Of a DNA stretch of 64,000 nucleotides, positions 40,087 to 53,702 are shown piece after piece. The notes below the pieces were generated by a model that was not told where the DNA came from, did not search any database, and was given only the letters and a program-made list of their open reading frames with translations. Source of the stretch: Nannocystis bainbridge. Its GTDB lineage: Bacteria; Myxococcota_A; Polyangia; Nannocystales; Nannocystaceae. Position numbers and translations under genes: made by a program. The stretch lies in the NCBI RefSeq assembly GCF_028368995.1, contig NZ_JAQNDL010000001.1, positions 3,072,001 to 3,136,000 on the forward strand, written 5' to 3'. Position 1 is the stretch's first letter. Each line of letters begins with the position of its first letter.

Positions 40087-41124
40087 TCAGGCGGGCCCGA
40101 CGGTCACGCGGCGGGTGTCGCCGGGCGCGTCGATCACCTCGAACTTCACCGGCAGGAAGCGGCTGACGATGCCCATGTTGGTGATCGTGTGCTGCGTCAG
40201 CGCGTGCGAGCGGAAGCTGCCGCCGCCGGCGAGGGCCAGCGGGATGAGCAGTTGGTCGGCGAGGTGCGGGCCGACGGGCGCGTCGGAGCCGAGGTGTTCG
40301 CCGAGCTCCTTGACCACGCGCGCGGCCACCTGCTCGGCGGAGATCCGCTTCTCGCCGAACGCCGAGAACAGCTCGCTGCCGTGCTCGAACTCGACCGACA
40401 GCAGCAGCGCGTTGCCGGGCCCTGCGCTCTCGACCTCGATCGTGCGCATCTCGGAGCGCTCCCAGCCCAGCAGGTTCTGCACTGCCCGCAGCTCGCGGTC
40501 GGCGATCGACTTCGGCAGGTTGGCGTAGATGGCCCGCGCCTGGCGGCGGATGACCTGGCCGCGCTCGTGCCACTGCAGCGGCTGCAGCGGCTCGCCGCCG
40601 GTGATGGTGGCGGTGAAGCGCCCGCCGCCGGCCGGATAGAAGCCGACGCGCTCGAGGTTGGCCTGCACCTGCGCGCCCATGCGGCGCAGCAGCGGCAGGA
40701 ACACCTCGGCGATGAACTCGAACGGCGGCGCCATCGGGTTGTGCGTCCCGCCCTCGAAGCTCAGCGTCGACGTGCCCGGCGCGTGCAGCAGCGGCCAGAT
40801 CACCGTCTGCAGCACCAGCGTCACGCTGCCGGCGCTGCCGACCGAGAACGCGTACTCGCCGTGCTTGACCGGACCTGGCTGAAAGACCAGCTCCTGCGAA
40901 CCGAGCGCGTCGCCCTGGACCTTGGCCGCGCCGACGCTGGTGGCGGCGCGCACGGCCGTGAGGTGCTGGCGCAGCAGCCCCGGCTTGTGCCGGCGGGCCC
41001 GCAGCTTGATCAGGTGGAAGGGCCGCCCCGTGATGAGCGACAGGGCCAGCGAGGTGCGGAGGATCTGGCCTCCGCCCTCGCCCTCCGAGCCGTCGATCAC
41101 GATCGCGTCCTTCGGCGCCTGCAT
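40087..41124 (-). CDS. rtcA: RNA 3'-terminal phosphate cyclase
   Basis: DGSEGEGGGQILRTSL, PGL.RQHL, GGTHN..AP, GFYPAGGG, HLADQL, HT.TN. Confidence 0.96.
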   Translation of the reverse strand: MQAPKDAIVIDGSEGEGGGQILRTSLALSLITGRPFHLIKLRARRHKPGLLRQHLTAVRAATSVGAAKVQGDALGSQELVFQPGPVKHGEYAFSVGSAGSVTLVLQTVIWPLLHAPGTSTLSFEGGTHNPMAPPFEFIAEVFLPLLRRMGAQVQANLERVGFYPAGGGRFTATITGGEPLQPLQWHERGQVIRRQARAIYANLPKSIADRELRAVQNLLGWERSEMRTIEVESAGPGNALLLSVEFEHGSELFSAFGEKRISAEQVAARVVKELGEHLGSDAPVGPHLADQLLIPLALAGGGSFRSHALTQHTITNMGIVSRFLPVKFEVIDAPGDTRRVTVGPA

Positions 41125-41125
41125 C

Positions 41126-42361
41126 CTATCCCTTCACGCAGACGACCTGGCGCAGCGTGTGGACGACCTCGACCAGGTCGCGCTGCGCCTCCATCACCGC
41201 GTCGATGTCCTTGTATGCCATCGGCGTCTCGTCGATCACGTCCTCGTCCTTGCGGCACTCGACGCCCGCGGTCGCCTTGCGGTGGTCGGCCACCGTGAAC
41301 CGCTTGCGCGCCTCGGTCCGCGACATCGCCCGCCCCGCCCCGTGGCTGCACGAGTCGAAGCTCTCGGCGTTGCCCTTGCCGCGGACGATGTACGAGCGGG
41401 TCCCCATGCTGCCCGGGATGATCCCCAGGTCGCCCGTGCGGGCCCGTACCGCCCCCTTGCGGGTCACGAGCACGTCCTTGCCGTAGTGGTGCTCGCGCGC
41501 GACGTAGTTGTGGTGGCAGTTGACCGCCGTCGCCCCGAAGGTGAACGGCGGGATGCCCTTGCAACCCGCGACCGCCTGGACCGTCGCCTGCATCATCAGC
41601 TCGCGGTTGTGCCGCGCGAAGTCCTGGGCCCACTCGACCGCCTCGACGTAGTCGTCGAAGTATTTGGTCCCCTCGGACAGGTACGCCAGGTTGTGGTCGG
41701 GCAGGCTGACGAACCACCGCTTCATCTCCTCCTTGGCGAGGGCGATGAAGTGCGAGCCGATGCGGTTACCGACCCCGCGCGAGCCCGAGTGCAGCATGAA
41801 CCACACCCGGTCGCGCTCGTCGAGGCAGACCTCGATGAAGTGGTTGCCGGTCCCGAGCGTACCGAGGTGGACCGCCGTGTTGCTCTTCTCGATCGCCTTG
41901 TGCTTGTCGACGATCGTCTCGAAGCGCGACGCGAGCTGCTTCCACACCGTCGCCACCGGCGCCGGCGGCGAATGCCAGGCGCCCTTGTCGCGGCCGTGAT
42001 TGGTGGTGCGGCCGTGCGGCACGGCCCTCTCGATCGCCGAGCGGACCTCGCTCAGGTTGTCGGGCAGGTCCGACGCCTTGAGGCTGGTCTCGACCGCCAT
42101 CATCCCGCAGCCGATGTCGACGCCGACGGCTGCCGGGATCACCGCGCCGACGGTCGGGACCACGCTGCCGACCGTCGCGCCGATGCCGAGGTGCACATCC
42201 GGCATCGCGGCCACCCAGCGGTGGATGAAGGGCATCTGCGCGATCCGCTCGAGCTGCGCGATCGCGGCCTCTTCTACCTGCACCCCACGCGTCCACCGCT
42301 TGATCGGGACTCCGCCCGTGGGCTGATGGACCTCGTAGTTTTGCGCGTCACGGTTGGACAT
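41126..42361 (-). CDS. rtcB: RNA ligase RtcB
   Basis: MPDVH.G.GATVG, GVDIGCGM, GTLGTGNHF.E, HSGSRG, HNY, PGSMG, SHGAGR, DE.P.AYK. Confidence 0.97.
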   Translation of the reverse strand: MSNRDAQNYEVHQPTGGVPIKRWTRGVQVEEAAIAQLERIAQMPFIHRWVAAMPDVHLGIGATVGSVVPTVGAVIPAAVGVDIGCGMMAVETSLKASDLPDNLSEVRSAIERAVPHGRTTNHGRDKGAWHSPPAPVATVWKQLASRFETIVDKHKAIEKSNTAVHLGTLGTGNHFIEVCLDERDRVWFMLHSGSRGVGNRIGSHFIALAKEEMKRWFVSLPDHNLAYLSEGTKYFDDYVEAVEWAQDFARHNRELMMQATVQAVAGCKGIPPFTFGATAVNCHHNYVAREHHYGKDVLVTRKGAVRARTGDLGIIPGSMGTRSYIVRGKGNAESFDSCSHGAGRAMSRTEARKRFTVADHRKATAGVECRKDEDVIDETPMAYKDIDAVMEAQRDLVEVVHTLRQVVCVKG

Positions 42362-42385
42362 CGGCGTTCTCCTGAAGCCCGGTAT

Positions 42386-42402
42386 CGCAGGGAACGTGCC
42401 TG
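42386..42402 (-). promoter_or_regulatory. Sigma54 (-24/-12) promoter of rtcBA
   Basis: Minus strand AGGCACGTTCCCTGC matches GG-N10-GC, ~25 bp before the rtcB start and adjacent to rtcR. Confidence 0.75.
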
Positions 42403-42517
42403 GCGGCCCCGACTCAGGGATTAACGAGTAAGTTTCAAGATCTTACCGAAGGGCACGGAGCCTTGGCCAGCATTCTTTTCTATCCGAACCTATAATCTCT
42501 GATAACTTGATAGCCGC

Positions 42518-44119
<1,602 letters not shown>

Positions 44120-44163
44120 GCCCGCGCCCTCGTGGCACCCATCGCCCTTGCGACTGCACGTCT

Positions 44164-44218
44164 TGTCCTTCGAACATGTCCTCATGCACATGTTTTTAAG
44201 GACATGTTCTTTCGAACA
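44164..44218. repeat. Array of four 13-14-bp palindromic units
   Basis: TGTCC-ttc-GAACA, TGTCC-tcat-GCACA, TGTTT-ttaa-GGACA, TGTTC-tttc-GAACA. Confidence 0.8.
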
Positions 44219-44472
44219 TAGACATAGAGTGATGTAGCGCTGCCAGCCGCGCGCAGCAGGTCCGTGTCGCATCTGCGTCCGCCGGCCGTGCACGCGCCCG
44301 CGGTCCTGCACAGGCGAGCGCGAGCCCGCGATCGAGCCGCCGCGCGCCATGCGAACGCGGACCCCTCATCCTCCGCCTCGCGCCCGCGAGCGCCCCGCGC
44401 AAACTCGCCCGCGCCGCCCGCTGTAAGCGCCGGCGCCCGGCCGCGTTTCGGTCGCACCTCCGGACGAACGCC

Positions 44473-45342
44473 ATGCCCCGCACCACCGTCGTCGCCTCGC
44501 TCCTCCTCGCCTCCGTCGCCGCCCTCGCCGCTTGCAGCAAGCACTCCGACGTGGCCAGCCTGAACGCCCCCGAGTCGTCCGGCTACACGCCCGCGGGCGC
44601 CCAGTTCGAGGCAGCCAACGCGGCCGACGCCCCCGCCCCGATGGCCCCGAGCAAGGGCGAGGCGAGCGTGAGCGGCGAGCTCGCCGAACGCGAGCGGTCG
44701 CGCGGCATCGGCACCGCTTATGGCGAGCAACGCTCGAGCTCGGTGCGCGGCACCCGGTTCGAACGCGCCGACGCCTACAACCCCGATCTGGTGCTCAGCC
44801 TGCGCTACAACGACGCCGCGGGGGTCCAGCAGATCGCCCAGCACAAGACCGGCTCGCCCTACCTCTTGCCGGCGAGCCGCCAGAGCGACGCCGTCAGCGT
44901 CGTCCTGCGCGACGAGTCCGGCTCGCCGCTGTCGGCCGCGCAGGTCGGCAGCGATGTCTACGCGATCGGGGAGATCGGTGCACGCTACTCGATCGGCGTC
45001 GAGAACCACACGGGCCAGCGCCTGGAGGTCGTGGCCTCGGTCGACGGCCTCGACGTGCTCGACGGCGCCGAGGCTGATTTCCACAAGCGCGGCTACGTGG
45101 TCGCCCCATACACCAGCTTCGCCATCGAGGGCTGGCGGACCTCCGACGACACGGTCGCCGCCTTCCGCTTCAGCGACACCGACGCCGGCTACGCGGCGCA
45201 GATGGGCAAGCCCCGCAACATCGGCGTCATCGGCGTCGCCTTCTTCCGCGAGTCCGGCCACGACGATCTGCTACGCCGCGACTCCGCCGACCCGTTCCCC
45301 AACCGCTACGCGCCGCCGCCGCCGTCCTACCGCGGCTACTGA
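44473..45342 (+). CDS. Hypothetical lipoprotein
   Basis: Lipobox LAAC; G.RY.I.V.N...R.EVV.SVDGLDV, I.GWR......AFRF, N.GVIGVA.F.E blocks; function unknown. Confidence 0.75.
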   Translation: MPRTTVVASLLLASVAALAACSKHSDVASLNAPESSGYTPAGAQFEAANAADAPAPMAPSKGEASVSGELAERERSRGIGTAYGEQRSSSVRGTRFERADAYNPDLVLSLRYNDAAGVQQIAQHKTGSPYLLPASRQSDAVSVVLRDESGSPLSAAQVGSDVYAIGEIGARYSIGVENHTGQRLEVVASVDGLDVLDGAEADFHKRGYVVAPYTSFAIEGWRTSDDTVAAFRFSDTDAGYAAQMGKPRNIGVIGVAFFRESGHDDLLRRDSADPFPNRYAPPPPSYRGY

Positions 45343-45362
45343 TCTTCCCGTGCAGGCGCCGA

Positions 45363-45397
45363 CGACGCGCAGCCGCGAGGCGCGCGTCGATTTTTTT
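45363..45397 (+). terminator. Rho-independent terminator
   Basis: CGACGCGC/GCGCGTCG stem followed by T7. Confidence 0.6.
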
Positions 45398-45458
45398 CCC
45401 GCGCACCTGTAACGGCGACAGCGAAGCGGGAACTCGAGCGGTGAAGGACGCACGCCTC

Positions 45459-47297
<1,839 letters not shown>

Positions 47298-47565
47298 GAC
47301 ATACTCACAGTTTCTCCTGGTCCTCCCAGGTGCACGCAAAAAGAGACCCTCGGGGTCCGCACCCGAAAGATCCCGTACCTTCAATGCATCACATGTCCAT
47401 TCGGACATACGCAGCATTGAGATCCCACGCGAAGATCCCGCCCGTCACCGGCGACCGCCGGCGTGAACGAATCACGCCGGGCGCCGGCGCTCAGGCGCCG
47501 AAAACCTCGCAGACCGGGTCTGCCACCCGATCAAAGCGTCCTGCAGCTCGCCCGGAGCCGCCGCC

Positions 47566-47643
47566 TCAGGCGCACGACAAGTCCAGGAGCTGCGGCTGCG
47601 AGAGCGCGAGCTGCGACTGGACGATGCGGGTGGCGCGAAGCAT
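47566..47643 (-). CDS. Candidate 25-aa leader peptide (MLRATRIVQSQLALSQPQLLDLSCA) upstream of the tuf paralog
   Basis: Short ATG-TGA ORF with GC3-rich codons in the ~440-bp leader, followed by GC-rich inverted repeats. Confidence 0.4.
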   Translation of the reverse strand: MLRATRIVQSQLALSQPQLLDLSCA

Positions 47644-47741
47644 GACGTCGCTCGAATAGCACGACCCCGCCGGGTCGTCAACTATCACCATAGCCGAATA
47701 CGACGACCGCGGAATCGCGCGGTCGCCCTGACGATCGGCGC

Positions 47742-48797
<1,056 letters not shown>

Positions 48798-48969
48798 CGG
48801 GGCCCAAACGTCGCACGGGATGCGCCGCCAGGGAAGAGGCCCGCGTCATCAGGCCCCCGCGGACGGCCGCGGCCGCCGGACCGCGCCCACGGTTTTTTCC
48901 CGCCGACCCGGGCCTTCCCCTCGCCTTGCCGGTTTTGCCGGCCGCGCCGACGCGGCATCATCGCCGCGC

Positions 48970-50580
48970 GTGCCCCTCAGGCTCCCCCCACCGCCAGCTC
49001 CGCCGCTGCGCCTGCGCCACAGCCTCGCCGCGCGAATCACCGCCCTCGTGGTCCTCGTGGTCATCACCAGCGGCGTCACCTCGCTGCTGATCATCCGCGA
49101 GCTCCGCGCCCTCAAGGTCAGCTTCGACCTCCTCACCATCATCTACGTCAAGTTCAACCAGGACCTCACCACCGCCTATCGCCAGTCGGTCCGCATCAGC
49201 ACCCACGCCCGCGAGCGCCGCGGCAGCGAGGTCCAGCGCCTCAGCTCCGGCCTCGAGGCCACCCTCGCCGAGGCCTTCGAGATGCGCGCCGAACAGGTCC
49301 AGCAGGCCCGCTCCGTGCTCGACAGCGCGATCGCCCACCCCGAGCGGCTCGGCGGCGAAGAGGCCGTCCGCACCCTCCGCGAATTCCGCGAGGTCCTGAG
49401 CCGGCTCGAGGACCTGGCAGCGGCCGCCGCCAACCAGAACCCGGCCGAGGCGCTGGCCGACGTGCGCACGCAGAACGAGATCAGCGAGCTGTTCCGTCGC
49501 CTCGACGAGCAGGTCTCGCGCGCGATCATCGACCTGCAGATCCAGGTCAGCGAGCGCGAGCGCGAAACCGAGCGGACCATCGCCCTGCTCGCCGCCGCCA
49601 CCGCCGTCATGGCCCTCCTCGCGGCCCTCGGCGTGATCTGGACCCTGCGGCCGCTGCGGCGCCTGGCGATCAGCGTGCGCCAGCTCGGCGAGGGCGACTG
49701 GGCCCAGCGGGTCGCCGCCCCCGGGGCCCTGCGCGGCGACGAGGTCGGCCGCCTCGCGCTCGAGTTCAACCACATGGCCGAGGCGCTGCAGGAGCGCGAG
49801 CGCCGGCTGATCCGCGGCGAGCGCCTGGCCGCCGTGGGCCAGCTCGCGGCCCAGGTCACGCACGAGATCCGCAACCCGCTGTCGAGCGTGGCCCTCAACG
49901 TCGAGCTGCTCGACGACGAGATCGCCTCGGCCAGCCCCGAGGCGCAGCAGCTCCTGCGCAAGATCACCGCCGAGATCGATCGCCTCACCGCGATCACCGA
50001 GGACTACCTCGGCCTGGCCCGCCGCAAGCCGCCCGAGCGCGTGCCGACCGACCTCGCGGCCGAGCTCCACAGCCTGGTCGACTTCATGGCCGAGGAGCTG
50101 GCCAGCGTCGGCGTCGAGGTCGTCGTCGAGGCGCCCGCGCCGGCGTGGGTGCTGGGCGACGCCGGCCAGCTGCGGCAGCTTTTCATGAACCTGCTGCGCA
50201 ACGCCCAGGAGGCGCTGGTCGGCAGCCGCGGCGGGTCCGCCGGCGATCTGGGCGACCTCGGCGATCTCCCCTCGGACCTCGCGCGGACCCCGAGGATCGC
50301 CGTGCGCCTGCGTCAGGGCCCGGAGGTCGTCCGCGTCCTCATCGAGGACAACGGCCCCGGCCTGCCGGTCGCCGACGTCGACAAGGTGTTCGAGGCCTTC
50401 TTCACGGCCAAGCCGCAAGGCACCGGCCTCGGGCTCTCGATCGTCCAGCAGCTCGCGCAGGACCACGAGGGCAGCGTGCGCGTGGCCGCCACCGGCCCCG
50501 AGGGCACCACCTTCGAGGTCCAGATCCCGGCTTGCGCTCCTCCGCCCCCCTCCGTATCCTCGGCGGGCGTACCCGTCTGA
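48970..50580 (+). CDS. HAMP-containing sensor histidine kinase (NtrB-like)
   Basis: Two TMs, DEVGRLA..FN.M HAMP, HEIRNPL, NLLRNA, DNGPG, FFTAK..GTGLGL; GTG start estimated. Confidence 0.9.
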   Translation: MPLRLPPPPAPPLRLRHSLAARITALVVLVVITSGVTSLLIIRELRALKVSFDLLTIIYVKFNQDLTTAYRQSVRISTHARERRGSEVQRLSSGLEATLAEAFEMRAEQVQQARSVLDSAIAHPERLGGEEAVRTLREFREVLSRLEDLAAAAANQNPAEALADVRTQNEISELFRRLDEQVSRAIIDLQIQVSERERETERTIALLAAATAVMALLAALGVIWTLRPLRRLAISVRQLGEGDWAQRVAAPGALRGDEVGRLALEFNHMAEALQERERRLIRGERLAAVGQLAAQVTHEIRNPLSSVALNVELLDDEIASASPEAQQLLRKITAEIDRLTAITEDYLGLARRKPPERVPTDLAAELHSLVDFMAEELASVGVEVVVEAPAPAWVLGDAGQLRQLFMNLLRNAQEALVGSRGGSAGDLGDLGDLPSDLARTPRIAVRLRQGPEVVRVLIEDNGPGLPVADVDKVFEAFFTAKPQGTGLGLSIVQQLAQDHEGSVRVAATGPEGTTFEVQIPACAPPPPSVSSAGVPV

Positions 50581-50597
50581 GGTCGCACACCCGCCCC

Positions 50598-51386
50598 ATG
50601 CCCATCCGCTCGCTCGTCGCCTCCGCCCTGTTCGCCGTGGTCGCCTCGCTCGGCTGCAACTTCATCATGAACCCCGACGGCGACGGGATCTTCCGCTGCG
50701 ACAACGCGGACGACTGCGACGTCCCCCTGGCCGAGCACCTCTCCGACAAGCGCGGGCAGTCGAGCTGCGCCGCGGCCGGCGGCGGCGGCGGCGGCTTCAC
50801 CCAGAGCCAGGACAACAAGGTCTGCAGCATCCTCGACAAAGAGGACGTGAGCTGCAACCCGGCGCCCTACCTCGACGACGACAGCGTCCCGGTCGCCAAG
50901 ACCTACAACGACGCCCTCGACGAGGCCGCCGCGTACTCGTGCGCCCCCGAGCAGTACGGCAGCGCCGGCTGTCCGCCCAACGGCAGCGCCTGCAACGCCG
51001 GCCTGCAGGTCCGCACCTACGAGTCGCTGAGCGGCGACGCCGGCAACCCGGAGCAGACCGAGGTCAAGGTGTGCGCGCCCGAGGGCACCGCCGCCGTGAT
51101 CGGCAACAGCGCCCTGCGCGGCTTCGACGTGCTCGACCAGCACTGCCGCTCGTACTTCTGCGACGAGGACTTCGTGTGCAACCGCGGCAGCGGCACCAGC
51201 AGCGGCTGGCGCTGCGTCCGCTGCGACCCCGACCGCGCCTACGGCAACGGCGGCTGCGGCACCATGTACCTGCAGGGCGCCCCCTCGACGGTCTACACCG
51301 ACCCCAGCAAGTCCTGCGAGAGCGTCGCCGCCGCCGACAAGACCGACTTCGGCCCCGCCGTCCTCGCGCCGCCCCCGGCCCCCTGA
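50598..51386 (+). CDS. Cys-rich lipoprotein
   Basis: Lipobox SLGC; multiple paired Cys; strong coding bias. Confidence 0.75.
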   Translation: MPIRSLVASALFAVVASLGCNFIMNPDGDGIFRCDNADDCDVPLAEHLSDKRGQSSCAAAGGGGGGFTQSQDNKVCSILDKEDVSCNPAPYLDDDSVPVAKTYNDALDEAAAYSCAPEQYGSAGCPPNGSACNAGLQVRTYESLSGDAGNPEQTEVKVCAPEGTAAVIGNSALRGFDVLDQHCRSYFCDEDFVCNRGSGTSSGWRCVRCDPDRAYGNGGCGTMYLQGAPSTVYTDPSKSCESVAAADKTDFGPAVLAPPPAP

Positions 51387-51403
51387 GCCGTCGGCTCCGC
51401 TGC

Positions 51404-51487
51404 TGTCCCTGCGGACATGCCCCTCCGGGCATGTCCCTGCGAGCATGCCCCCGCGAGCATGTTCCTGCGAACATGTCCCTCCGGACA
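51404..51487. repeat. Array of six 14-bp palindromic units upstream of iadA
   Basis: TGTCC-ctgc-GGACA, TGCCC-ctcc-GGGCA, TGTCC-ctgc-GAGCA, TGCCC-ccgc-GAGCA, TGTTC-ctgc-GAACA, TGTCC-ctcc-GGACA. Confidence 0.92.
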
Positions 51488-51570
51488 TGCCCTTCGCGGC
51501 CCGTCCTGGCGCCCGCTCCGCGCGCCGCGGGCTTCCCGGCACGGACGAGCTCGGCTAGACTCGCCGGTCG

Positions 51571-52791
51571 ATGGCGGGCTCCTCTGGCGCTTCCGGACAT
51601 GTCCCTTCGGCCAGCCCGCCGCTGCTGCTGCTGCGCGGCGCCGAGGTGTTCGCCCCCGCCGCGCTCGGCGTCTGCGACGTCCTGCTCGCCGGCGGCAAGA
51701 TCGCCGCGATCGCCCCCGAGCTGCCGGCCCTCCCGCCCGAGCTCGCGGCCGTGCACGACCTCCGCGGCCACCGGCTGATCCCCGGCCTCATCGACGCCCA
51801 CGTCCACCTCATCGGCGGCGGCGGCGAGGCCGGCCCGAGCACCCGCGTCCCGCCGATCACCCTCAGCCAGCTCACCCGCGCCGGCATCACCTCCGTCGTC
51901 GGCGTCCTCGGCACTGACGGCACCACCCGCACCGTCGCCGACCTCGTCGCCCGCACCCTCGGCCTGCGCGACGAGGGCCTGTCCGCCTGGTGCTACACCG
52001 GCAGCTACGAGCTGCCCGTGCCCACGCTCACCGGCAGCGTGCGCCGCGACCTCGTGTTCGTCGACCCGATCATCGGCGTCGGCGAGCTGGCCCTGTCCGA
52101 CCACCGCTCCTCCCAGCCGACCCTCGACGAGCTGCTGCGGGTCGCCGCCGACGTCCACGTCGGCGGCATGATGGCGGGCAAGGCCGGCATCGTGCACCTG
52201 CACATGGGCGACGGCCTGCGCGGCCTCGACCTCGTGCGTCGGGCCCTCGACGTGAGCGAGCTGCCGCCGCGGGTGTTCCACCCGACCCACGTCAACCGCA
52301 ACCGGCGGCTGTTCATCGAGGCGGGCGAGCTCGTCGCGCGCGGCTGCAGCGTCGACGTCACCGCCTTCCCGCCCGAAGATGACCCCGGGGACAGCCTCTA
52401 CGCCGCCGACGCGATCGACCGCTGGATCGCGCAGGGCCTGCCGGTAAGCCGGCTCACGTGCTCCTCCGACGGGGCCGGCTGCATGCCGGTGTTCGACGGC
52501 CACGGGCACATCTGCGCCATGGACGTCGGCCGTCCGACCACCCTCAGCGACACCCTGACCGAGCTCCTGGCCCGCGGGCGGGACCTCGCCGAGGTCCTCC
52601 CGATCTTCACGGTCAACGTCGCCGACCTCCTGCGCCTCGGGCACAAGGGCCGGCTCGCCGCGGGGGCCGACGCCGACCTCGTCGCCCTCGACGACCACGG
52701 TCACATCGCCGGCGTGATCGCCCGGGGCAGGTGGCTGATCCAGGGCGGTCAAACAGTGGTATGCGGGCCCTTCGAGAGGTCTGCCTCGTGA
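51571..52791 (+). CDS. iadA: Isoaspartyl dipeptidase (beta-aspartyl peptidase)
   Basis: PGLIDAHVHLIGGGGEAG, VGVLGTDG, TGSY, GELALSDHRSS, HMGDG, PTH.NR, SSDG.G. Confidence 0.95.
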   Translation: MAGSSGASGHVPSASPPLLLLRGAEVFAPAALGVCDVLLAGGKIAAIAPELPALPPELAAVHDLRGHRLIPGLIDAHVHLIGGGGEAGPSTRVPPITLSQLTRAGITSVVGVLGTDGTTRTVADLVARTLGLRDEGLSAWCYTGSYELPVPTLTGSVRRDLVFVDPIIGVGELALSDHRSSQPTLDELLRVAADVHVGGMMAGKAGIVHLHMGDGLRGLDLVRRALDVSELPPRVFHPTHVNRNRRLFIEAGELVARGCSVDVTAFPPEDDPGDSLYAADAIDRWIAQGLPVSRLTCSSDGAGCMPVFDGHGHICAMDVGRPTTLSDTLTELLARGRDLAEVLPIFTVNVADLLRLGHKGRLAAGADADLVALDDHGHIAGVIARGRWLIQGGQTVVCGPFERSAS

Positions 52792-53633
52792 GCCCAGCAC
52801 GCATCGAAGAGCACCACAGCCGCGGGTGGATCGTCCCTGTCGGCGGCGCCGAAGAGAAGGAGCAGGACCCGGTCATCCTCCGCCGCTTCGTCGAGATCAG
52901 CGGCGGGGCGGGCGCCCGGATCGCCGTCATTCCGACCGCCTCGCGCCTCGCCGACACCGGCGTCCGCTACGAAAAGATCTTCCGCCAGTTGGGCGCCCAC
53001 AGCGCTCGCGCCTTGCCGTTCGAGACCCGCGCCGACGCCGAGCGCGAGGACTGGCTCGGCATCCTCGAGCAGGCCACCGGCGTCTTCTTCACCGGCGGCA
53101 ACCAGCTGCAGCTCAGCACGATCCTCGGCGGCACCTCCGTCGCCCGCTCGATCCGCAAGCTCAACGCCCGCGGCGTCACGGTCGGCGGCACGTCCGCCGG
53201 CGCCGCGATTCTCTCCGAGCACATGATCGCCTTTGGCCAGGGGGGCGCGACCCCCAAGGCGGGTCTCGCATCGCTGGCGCCGGGCTTCGGCCTGACCAAC
53301 CGCGTCGTCATCGACCAGCACTTCCGCCAGCGCGACCGGCTGGGCAGACTGCTGTCGGTCCTCGCCTTCAACCCCTTCGCCGTCGGCATCGGCCTCGACG
53401 AAGACACCGCCGCCTTCCTCGGCCCTGACGACGTCATGCACGTCGACGGCGCCGGCGCCATCACCCTCGTGGACGTCGCCAACCTCGAGCACTCCTCGAT
53501 GGCCTTCGCGAAACCCGGTCAACCCATCTGTTTGACCGGCATCAAGCTGCATATCCTCACCAAGGGCGCGCGCTACAATTTCGTCACCCGCGAGGCCGTC
53601 CCGCCGCTGCCGCCGCCCGACGACGACGACTGA
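52788..53633 (+). CDS. cphB: Cyanophycinase
   Basis: VGGAE, IPTAS, FFTGGNQ, GGTSAGAA, IDQHF.QR.R.GRL, GLDEDTA; GTGA overlap with iadA. Confidence 0.95.
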   Translation: MSPARIEEHHSRGWIVPVGGAEEKEQDPVILRRFVEISGGAGARIAVIPTASRLADTGVRYEKIFRQLGAHSARALPFETRADAEREDWLGILEQATGVFFTGGNQLQLSTILGGTSVARSIRKLNARGVTVGGTSAGAAILSEHMIAFGQGGATPKAGLASLAPGFGLTNRVVIDQHFRQRDRLGRLLSVLAFNPFAVGIGLDEDTAAFLGPDDVMHVDGAGAITLVDVANLEHSSMAFAKPGQPICLTGIKLHILTKGARYNFVTREAVPPLPPPDDDD

Positions 53634-53702
53634 TCGATACTCACCTCGCGGCCTGCTGCTCTCCGCCTCTCCGGTCCACGACAACCTGCCCCAAGGGACA
53701 TC

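Noticed and set aside
51404-51487. 14-bp arrays as CRISPR arrays
   Set aside because: Units are 14 bp with only 4 variable bases, repeats are degenerate, there are no 25-45-bp spacers and no cas genes in the window.
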